This document shows, in pieces, positions 1 to 7,900 of a stretch of 64,000 bases of DNA. Both the position numbers and the translations under genes were made by a program. The notes below the pieces were generated by a model that saw only the letters and a program-made list of their open reading frames with translations, did no database searches and had not been told where the DNA came from. Source of the DNA: Kiritimatiellia bacterium. GTDB lineage: Bacteria; Verrucomicrobiota; Kiritimatiellia; RFP12; UBA1067. Numbering within the stretch: the stretch's first letter is position 1; every line of letters begins with the position of its first letter. The stretch spans positions 1,845-65,844 of the forward strand of contig JAZOQY010000057.1 in assembly GCA_045656285.1 (NCBI GenBank), in the 5' to 3' direction.

Positions 1-738
1 TATTTCAAACTGGCGTCCCTCGCCTACCTTGGCCAGGAAAAACTCGGAAAGCGACGAGCCCAGATCTCCGATCTTGCCTTCTGCGACTTTTACGCCGCGA
101 TTCAGGATGGCGACACGATCGCACATATCTTCGGCATCTGCAAGAAGATGGGAAGTCGTAAGGATTGTCATCCCTCCCTTTACGAGAGATTTCACAAGGG
201 TTTTGACTTCATTGGTCGAAACAGGATCCAGTCCGCTCGTCGGCTCGTCGAGCACCAGAAGCCTTGGCTTCCCGATAAGAGCGCTGGCCAATGCGACTCT
301 GCGCGCCATGCCCTTCGAAAAACCGCCCACGGCACGATCGGCGACGTCGGACAGCCCGATCATCTCAAGAAGCTCCCCCGTGCGCCGCTTGATGTTCTTC
401 GAATCAAGCCCGCAAAGCCCGCCGTAATAATGCAAGGTCTCTCTCGCCGTAAGAAACGGATGAAGATAGCTCAACTCGGGCAGATAGCCGAGATCTTTTC
501 GGGCGGCGATCGCTTTTGGCGACATGCCGAAAAGCTTCACGCTGCCGGAATCCGGACTCAACAAGCCCAGGAGCATCTTGATCGTAGTGGATTTGCCGCT
601 TCCGTTCGGACCCAAAAGCCCGAACACCTCGCCTTCGGCGACAGATAATGAAAGATCGCTGACGGCTTTAACAGTGGGACGGAACCAAAAATCCTTGAAT
701 GTCTTGTTTACCGAAGATATCTCAATTACATTGGCCAT
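1..738 (-). CDS. ABC transporter ATP-binding protein; its 3' end runs off the window
   Basis: Reverse translation from ATG at 738-736 gives MANVIEISSVNKTFKDF...GEVFGLLGPNGSGKSTTIKML (Walker A). The frame stays open to base 1. It is missing from the ORF track because it is truncated by the window edge. Confidence 0.85.
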   Translation of the reverse strand, partial: MANVIEISSVNKTFKDFWFRPTVKAVSDLSLSVAEGEVFGLLGPNGSGKSTTIKMLLGLLSPDSGSVKLFGMSPKAIAARKDLGYLPELSYLHPFLTARETLHYYGGLCGLDSKNIKRRTGELLEMIGLSDVADRAVGGFSKGMARRVALASALIGKPRLLVLDEPTSGLDPVSTNEVKTLVKSLVKGGMTILTTSHLLADAEDMCDRVAILNRGVKVAEGKIGDLGSSLSEFFLAKVGEGRQFEI

Positions 739-765
739 TGGAAAATCCGTTTTGGAGTGAATGAC

Positions 766-1716
766 TCATCCGACGTCCTTGTTGCGCATCAGGAACATCC
801 CCAGAAGAAGAAAGGCGACAATGAAAGGCAACGCGGCGAAAAGCGCCCAGACCACATAGGTCCAGGGGAACTCGCCGCCCTTGGCGACGGCCTGGGTTTG
901 ATAATAGTTGCCGAGAGCCGGAACGAAAAGCAGAAATGCGCAACCGGCAAAGGACGCTACGGCATTATCCTTGAACTTGACGGACAAGGCCGCGCTCAAA
1001 GAAAGGAATATCGCAATGGGCGCCAGGAGCAGAAGCCCGACGGGCAAGATGCGCACCGCATGCGAAGTGAGGCCGGCGATAAGGCCGCCGAACTCGGCTT
1101 CCGCCAGAAAAAGATTGTAGCAGCAACCTGAAACCGAAATGAAAAGCGCGACCATGAAAGCGGTCGCGGCAAATCTGAAGCGCAGAAATCTGTTCAATAT
1201 CGCACCGAAAAGAAACGGAACGGTCAACACTGCGACATTGACAGCCAGCGAAACGAACCAGATCGTTTCGGTCATCACTTCTTCATGCGCCCCGCACGTT
1301 TCCATCATCTTGGCCGTATGGACCTTGCCGACTTCGGCACCGATGACTGTCGTAACAGTTGATGCAAAAACGATCGTAAAGAACACAAGACAGGCCAAAA
1401 ATGCGCCCGCCACCTTCGAAAGGAAAAACGCCTCGCGAGATATGGGCCGCGAAAGCGCCATTTGCAGCGTCCCTGATTCGATTTCGCGGCGAAAAACACG
1501 TATCGAAGAAAAAACCGCAAAAAGAACGCCAAAAATCAACACGGTCGACAGACCGATATCGCGCGGCATGCTCGAGGGCTCGCCGAACTGATGTATGTGC
1601 AAAAAGGACGCAAACGTCAAAACCGCAACGGCACTCACGGTCAAAAGCAAAAACAAAGGCTCCGACACCACTTCGAGCGTCGTAGCCTTTATCACGGCAC
1701 GAATTCGACCGAGCAT
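766..1716 (-). CDS. ABC-2 type transporter permease
   Basis: Track ORF 766..1968 trimmed to the internal Met (MLGRIRAV...) at 1716, 1 nt after the upstream stop at 1718-1720. Polytopic hydrophobic protein lying immediately upstream of the ABC ATPase. Confidence 0.7.
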   Translation of the reverse strand: MLGRIRAVIKATTLEVVSEPLFLLLTVSAVAVLTFASFLHIHQFGEPSSMPRDIGLSTVLIFGVLFAVFSSIRVFRREIESGTLQMALSRPISREAFFLSKVAGAFLACLVFFTIVFASTVTTVIGAEVGKVHTAKMMETCGAHEEVMTETIWFVSLAVNVAVLTVPFLFGAILNRFLRFRFAATAFMVALFISVSGCCYNLFLAEAEFGGLIAGLTSHAVRILPVGLLLLAPIAIFLSLSAALSVKFKDNAVASFAGCAFLLFVPALGNYYQTQAVAKGGEFPWTYVVWALFAALPFIVAFLLLGMFLMRNKDVG

Positions 1717-1717
1717 C

Positions 1718-2617
1718 TCAGAACCAAACTCTGGAGTAATCGAAGCAGTAGATGAAAACACCTGCGAGCGCCAATATAAAGCAAGCGGCAAACTGCAGAA
1801 TCGTATCAAACACAAGGAGACCGGTGGGCACGCCGCCATTGTCGTCTTGTACTTTGACCACGGCGGGCGCAGCGGCCGGAGCCGGAATATCCACAATATC
1901 CGGAATGTCGTCGACCTTGCCCTCGGCACCTTTTTCTTCGGCCGGCGCATCCGCCTTCTTGGCGGCAAACTTACCCATTGGACGGACAGCGCCAGGACGA
2001 GAAATCTTCAGAGTCTTGCGCTGAGTCACAGAGGGCGAACTCTCCGGAACTTCAGACGATCCTGCCGCAGGGGCGGCCGGCTTGGCGGGAGACTCGACAG
2101 CGGTAGGAGCCGAATTGAGATTGACAGGGCGCTTGATCCTGATCGTCTTCATCGGAGCCGCTTCATTCTGAACCGGCGAAGCGCCGATCGCGTCAGAAAG
2201 CGAAATTCGCGAAGTACGCGATTTGGAAGCCAGCTTCTGGGCGTCTGCCAGTTTTTGCTCGGCAATGATCCCCGTCTTGTGCAAGATCGCCTGTTGAGGA
2301 ATCTGCTGAGTGACGGCCTTAAGCTTCTGGGAAATCGACTTGAGCTGTTCAACCGAAGACGGCGCAGCAGGAGCGGCCGAAGCCGGAGCGGCGGGAGCAG
2401 GAGCGGCGGGAGCAGCCGGAGCCGGAGCAACAGGCGCGGCAGATGCCAACGACGGTTTTGAAGGCATCTTGAGAGCGGTCTTTGCTCCACCTATCACAGG
2501 CTTGCGGATAACAGGCTTCAGCTTGAGCGTAGCCGCATGCGAAGACGCAGAACCGGAAATCGGATTTACCGCCGGAGGCTTCGGCGCTTCAATCGAGCTA
2601 ATTGTTTCGTCTGCCAT
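1718..2617 (-). CDS. Pro/Ala-rich low-complexity protein with a C-terminal transmembrane anchor (hypothetical)
   Basis: 299-aa ORF with AAGGAG 7 nt upstream of the ATG. It carries an AAPVAPAPAAPAAPAPAAPASAAPAAP tract and a hydrophobic tail LLVFDTILQFAACFILALAGVFIYCF. I recognise no family. Confidence 0.55.
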   Translation of the reverse strand: MADETISSIEAPKPPAVNPISGSASSHAATLKLKPVIRKPVIGGAKTALKMPSKPSLASAAPVAPAPAAPAAPAPAAPASAAPAAPSSVEQLKSISQKLKAVTQQIPQQAILHKTGIIAEQKLADAQKLASKSRTSRISLSDAIGASPVQNEAAPMKTIRIKRPVNLNSAPTAVESPAKPAAPAAGSSEVPESSPSVTQRKTLKISRPGAVRPMGKFAAKKADAPAEEKGAEGKVDDIPDIVDIPAPAAAPAVVKVQDDNGGVPTGLLVFDTILQFAACFILALAGVFIYCFDYSRVWF

Positions 2618-2661
2618 ACCCTTGCTCCTTACGTATGAATGAAATTTACAAGCTTCCGCTT

Positions 2662-3225
2662 TTAAACAGCCATGATCTCGGCTTCCTTGGCCTTGAGCTC
2701 GGCATCGATCTTGGCGATACCGTCATCGGTAGCCTTCTGGATCTTATCGAGAGCGCTCTTCAAATCGTCCTCGGAGATCTTCTTGTCCTTCTCGAGCTTC
2801 TTGGCTGCGTCATTGGCGTCGCGGCGAACATTGCGCATGGCGACCTTCTGGGCTTCAGCCTGGGTCTTGGCGACCTTGACGATCTCTTTGCGGCGCTCCT
2901 CGTTGAGCTCCGGAACGGTAATGCGAAGAACCTTGCCGTCGCTCTGAGGCGTAACGCCGAGGTTCGCCGCGAGAATGGCCTTGTTCATCTCGGCGAGAAC
3001 GGTAGGATCGAACGGCGTGATCTTGATCTGGCGCGGCTCGGGCGTGGAAATGGTTCCGAGGTTCTTGATCGGGGTCAGGCAACCGTAATATTCGACCTTG
3101 ATCTGATCGACCATGGCAGGATTGGCCTTGCCGGTTCTGAGACCTGCGAACTGGGACTTGAGCGTATCGAAGCTCTTGCCGATTTTCTCTGTTGCGTCGT
3201 TTAAAACTTCCTGTACAGTTTCCAT
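2662..3225 (-). CDS. frr: ribosome recycling factor
   Basis: 187 aa with typical RRF signatures: LRTGKANPAMVDQIKVEYYG, LRITVPELNEERRKEIVK, AMRNVRRDAND. Confidence 0.95.
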   Translation of the reverse strand: METVQEVLNDATEKIGKSFDTLKSQFAGLRTGKANPAMVDQIKVEYYGCLTPIKNLGTISTPEPRQIKITPFDPTVLAEMNKAILAANLGVTPQSDGKVLRITVPELNEERRKEIVKVAKTQAEAQKVAMRNVRRDANDAAKKLEKDKKISEDDLKSALDKIQKATDDGIAKIDAELKAKEAEIMAV

Positions 3226-3272
3226 TTTATTGCCTTTCTGAAATTTATCTCTATGTTTTTATCTTCTTATCT

Positions 3273-4001
3273 TCAACTTACAACCGTTCCCACAGCCTCT
3301 CCTTTGACAACACGCTCAAGCGCATCGCCATCAAAGAAGTCAAAAACCACAATCGGAATGTCGTTATCCATGCAAAGCGCGAAAGCCGCAGAATCCATAA
3401 CCTTAAGCCGCTTCTCGAGAGCCGTCTCGTATTTCAACGAAGCATACTTCTTGGCCTTGGGGTCCTTCTTGGGATCGGCCGTGTAGATGCCGTCGACCTT
3501 CGTCGCCTTCAGAAGAGCCTGAGCTCCGATTTCGCTCGCCCTCAACGCAGCCGCAGAGTCGGTCGAGAAATACGGGTTGCCCGTTCCGCCCGCAAAAATG
3601 ACGACACGCCCTTTTTCGAAATGCCTGAGCGCCTTGCGCTGGATAAAGGGCTCGGCGAGCTTCGGCATCTCAATCGAAGTCATGACGCGCGTAGGGACGC
3701 CGATCGACTCAAGGGCGTTCATCATCGCCAGACCGTTTATGATCGTGGCGAGCATGCCCATCGAATCTCCCGTGACGCGATTAACACCCTTGCCCGCGCC
3801 GGTAAGACCGCGGAAAATATTGCCGCCGCCGAGAACGATGCCGACCTGAACACCCATTTTATGGATTTTCTTGACTCGTTCAGCCATAAATGCGAGATTT
3901 TTCGGGTCGATGCACTCGCCCGTCTCGTGGTTGCCAAGAACCTCGCCAGACAATTTAAGGAGTATTCTGGCGTACTTTATCTTTCGCGATGTTTTTTTCA
4001 C
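3273..4001 (-). CDS. pyrH: UMP kinase
   Basis: 242 aa with ILLKLSGEVLG and GGGNIFRG motifs. The start codon is GTG at 4001-3999. Confidence 0.93.
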   Translation of the reverse strand: MKKTSRKIKYARILLKLSGEVLGNHETGECIDPKNLAFMAERVKKIHKMGVQVGIVLGGGNIFRGLTGAGKGVNRVTGDSMGMLATIINGLAMMNALESIGVPTRVMTSIEMPKLAEPFIQRKALRHFEKGRVVIFAGGTGNPYFSTDSAAALRASEIGAQALLKATKVDGIYTADPKKDPKAKKYASLKYETALEKRLKVMDSAAFALCMDNDIPIVVFDFFDGDALERVVKGEAVGTVVS

Positions 4002-4008
4002 GCTTTAA

Positions 4009-4037
4009 ATTATACCAAACTGCCGAAAAAAACGCAA
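4009..4037 (-). promoter_or_regulatory. sigma70-like promoter with extended -10 (TTGCGT-17-TGGTATAAT) for pyrH-frr
   Basis: Minus strand reads TTGCGT(4037-4032) N17 TATAAT(4014-4009), preceded by TGG. Only 7 nt separate the -10 from the GTG start. Confidence 0.55.
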
Positions 4038-4057
4038 TCGAAGCATTCGGCCCCAAA

Positions 4058-4852
4058 TTAAACCACGATTCCGAAATGCGTCGCCAGGGCGTCCTTGAGA
4101 TCTTTTTCTGTCCTCAAGAATCTCGTCTCGGACTTCTCGCCTGCGGAAATCGACAGCTTTTCGGCCATAAGACCAGTTTCCGGATCTTGCACCGTCGCTA
4201 TCGATTTCCGGCCATCTGCACCGGGAAGATGAACAAAAAGATTGTTCCTGAACACCGACGACGGCTCGTTGGAGCAGAAATAATGAACATACGTAAAATC
4301 AATCGGATATTGGGGCGCCGAATCGAAAGAATATGACGCGATCCATTTCCCGTCAGCCAAGAACTCGACAACGGATTCTTCGCGCTCGTTCTTGACGATG
4401 CGATAATCAACGCCTTCACGGCTCTGGACCGCATCGTAAACGAACTCGAGCGGAGTGAGGAACGTGCGCTGCCCGACACCGACATCTACGATGAACTCCC
4501 GGCCTTCGACCGCAACCTTCAAAATGCGATGACGGCGCGCGGGGATCTTAAGAGTCTCATCTTTGAGCCATCTGCCGAAATATTCCTCAACCTCATATCC
4601 CAGCTCCCTCAAGAGCCAGCCGAACAATCCGTTAAGCTCAAAACAATATCCACCACGGCGGCGAACTACAATCTTGTCGAAAAGAACATCATACGCGAGA
4701 GAAGACGGCTTTGACGCCCAGATGTCATAATTCTCGTACGGCACAGACATCATGTGGGCTTTTTGAAGCGAAGCCAAGTTCGCAGCCGAAACCTCAGTAA
4801 GACCCTGCGCCCCTATGCGCGACAGATACTGAACGACTTTATCGCTAATCAT
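4058..4852 (-). CDS. arylamine N-acetyltransferase
   Basis: The RGGYCFELNGLFGWLL catalytic-Cys motif and overall NAT-like sequence. Start trimmed to MISDKVVQYL (ATG at 4852) because a TGGTATAAT -10 lies inside the longer track ORF. Confidence 0.8.
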   Translation of the reverse strand: MISDKVVQYLSRIGAQGLTEVSAANLASLQKAHMMSVPYENYDIWASKPSSLAYDVLFDKIVVRRRGGYCFELNGLFGWLLRELGYEVEEYFGRWLKDETLKIPARRHRILKVAVEGREFIVDVGVGQRTFLTPLEFVYDAVQSREGVDYRIVKNEREESVVEFLADGKWIASYSFDSAPQYPIDFTYVHYFCSNEPSSVFRNNLFVHLPGADGRKSIATVQDPETGLMAEKLSISAGEKSETRFLRTEKDLKDALATHFGIVV

Positions 4853-4894
4853 ATTAAAATCTCCATCTTGCTGTTTGTGATCCCGATATTCGCC

Positions 4895-4903
4895 ATTATA
4901 CCA
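4895..4903 (-). promoter_or_regulatory. extended -10 element (TGGTATAAT) upstream of the N-acetyltransferase gene
   Basis: Minus strand reads aaaaaTGGTATAATggcg, 42 nt upstream of the ATG at 4852. No good -35. Confidence 0.45.
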
Positions 4904-4971
4904 TTTTTTATTTTTAGAGGTGAAGAACTTATCCCAAAACACGAAACCAAGAACCAGGAACCAAACAGGAG

Positions 4972-7900
4972 CTACTTGATCTCCAATCTGATTTCATCGG
5001 AATTGCCGCGAAGACGAGGCGCGTACATAGCTTCGACTTTCGCGGGCAAAACGTGTATAACACCCGGCGTCTCGACTCTTACGCGATAGGTGAAAGAATG
5101 GGCGCCGCGTGAGATTTCTCTAAGGAAGATGGCCGTCTTCTTCTCGCGATTCTCGACATACGCCCAACCGCCGCCGAGATTCTTCCAACCGCTCATTCCA
5201 TCCAGCGGCTCAAAGCCCGCGCCCTTCCTGTCTTCGATAAGAATATACTCGTAGTCGTTCTTCGAGTCTAAATCGACCCGAATCTCAAGCGTTTCGCCCG
5301 CCTTGACCGCGTCGCCGTCATTGAGCGTAGTTAAGACTTCTTTCGTGCGCTTTTGAGCGAGCGACTGGCCTGAAGCGCCGCGCCCTGTCGAATCCTCAAC
5401 AACCTCACTTACGCGCGAAATCGTACGATTTACCTTAAGCTCAAGCCCCGCCGCTTTAATAGGCTCTTCGTATGTAAGGTAAGTCAAATATCCGCTCACG
5501 TATTTTTCATTTTTCTTCTCGACCTTGCGGCAATATTCGGCGAGCGCCTCAATCGCAAGCCCCGTATCGCGCGTATTCGTCCAATGCGTGCGCGAAATGC
5601 GGTTGTTGTACAGATAAAGCGCGAGGCCGCGCGTCGCGTCGCTCGTCGGCTCAACTTTCAAAAAGAGTTTCAGCGCCATTGCCTGAGCCTCGAAATCGCT
5701 GCCGTACCAGCACCACCAATAACCGTGGTTGCCAAGTTCAAGATACGCCGTGCCGTTTTCGGAATCCTCCTTGAGGAACTGCTTCAAGTTCCGCACTACC
5801 GTATCGCGCTTCTCGACTTCCCTGGTCAAATCGAACGCGAGGCCCAGAAGCGCTTGAGCATAGACAGGCAAGTCCAGCCGCGTGTCGTACGCAAGGCGCA
5901 TCATCTCTTTCGCCGTGGCGTCAGCCTTGCCGTCCGTAGCGAGCAATATCGCATACGCCGTAAGGACATCGTTCGCCCAAGGACGCGTCTTATGCTTCTT
6001 TATGTATCCCAGCGACTCCCTTTGACGCTCCTTCAGCCACTTTACGCCACCATCCATCACTGTGCCGGGAACTTCAACGCCATGGCGCTTCGCCTCGGCG
6101 AGCCCACGCACGATCGTCGCGGTCATGTGCTCATAGGAATGCTCGTAAGAGCCCCAGAACCAGCCCCAACCGCCGTCGGAATTCTGGCGCTCGGAAAGTT
6201 TCATAAGACTCTTCTCAATCAACTCGTCAACATCCTTCAACCTGTCGCCAAAGCCTCTGGCGACGAGAACGTCTCTCGCTGCCGCAGCCGGAACAAAGCG
6301 GTTCATCGTCTGCTCGTTGCATTCGTATTCGTAGTACTTCAGATAATCGAGCGACTTATCTATCGCGCCTGCGAGCGTATCGGAAACTTCGACCACGGCG
6401 CGCAAATCTTTAGCCTCATTCTTATCGGGAAGATTAAAACCGAGTTTCTTGTACATCTCAAGCGCCTCATCGCCCTCGTAAACCCTGCAATCCATTTTCT
6501 CAAGCGAAGAAAGAATCTTAAAGCAGCTCTCCGTCTTTTCGACGGCGTGTGAGACGACATCAAAACTCTTCTCTACGCCATCAGAAAGTTCAGCGTCCGC
6601 GACGCGCATGCGAGCGGTAAGTTTACCGGAAGAAAGAACCTTAATACGCCAATCTGCCCGCGCCTCGCCTCCGGCATTAATGGAAACTGTCTTTGAACTT
6701 GTATCGCCTTTGATTTCAACGCCCTTCAAATCGATTGAGGCGGTTACTTGTCGCGCTTTATCGCTGTAATTATGAAGATTAGCCGAAATAACAACCTCAT
6801 CCTTTTCGGTAAAGAATCGCGGCGTTATCATTCTAAGCATCAGATCTTTTTTCGTGATGAGCTCAGTCGCGACCTCCGCAACACGCCCGTCGATTCCGAT
6901 CGACCACACCTTTATATTCCATGTCGTAATATCTTCAGGCATCTTGAATTTAACGCGATAAACGCCCTGTGTACCCGTCGCTTCAAGCGCGGCGTTCCAG
7001 TATGCCGTATCGGCAAAATCCTTCCTGACGCCACCGGCTTTCGCACAGCCATTTTCCGAACTCACAGGAGAAAGACAAGCCATAGGTTCACACGCCACAG
7101 AAGCGTCACACTCCATCACAGGTTCAGCCTGAGGGGCCGCACTTCTCGACCTTTTCTTCTCTAATCTACTTCTGCCGATCGTTTTAGATCCGAGAAATCC
7201 GATCGCATATTCACCCCAAAGACCAAGCGGTCCAAAATTTTCATCACCAGAAAGATATATACAATTAAAGCCGTCAACTATCGTATTCAAAAATGAATGC
7301 GGAAAATTAAGGCGATCGAACCAAAACGCTTCTTTAAGACTTTTTACATTACTACCGCCCGCAATCAAATCAATCGCCTTGTCGTAAACGGTCATAACCG
7401 CTGATGCGTCTGCAGCCTTACCCTTCTCGTCAAAAATCTTAACGGTAGCCGAAACAGTTTCGCCGGGCTTTACGACTTCGAGGCCGCCATCTATCTCGAC
7501 AGTAGCCTTACCGATTTTATCGACCGGCGGCACCATAATTTCGCGAACCTCACGATGATACTTCGCTTGAGAAAAAGTCCACGCTTCAACAAAGAAATTC
7601 GGCTTGTCGCTTTCGACTACAGGAATTGATATTTCGCCCGTCTTGCCTTTAAGACGGAGAAGTTGGGTCTTACCGTTGCGAACTTTGTAAAAAACGGTCG
7701 AATCGGAATAGTCCGCATTGACCGTAAGTTTTACAGTATCGCCCGGCGAATAAGTTTCTTTATCGGGAATAAGCTCCAGCGACGAATACTTGTAGTTTCG
7801 CCCGTCATCACCCTCTCCTCTGACAAGAATTATGCGCGAGCCTTCACAAACTCTCCCTTTTATGTCAGTAACTTCAACTGAAACTCTGTACTGCCCGGGT

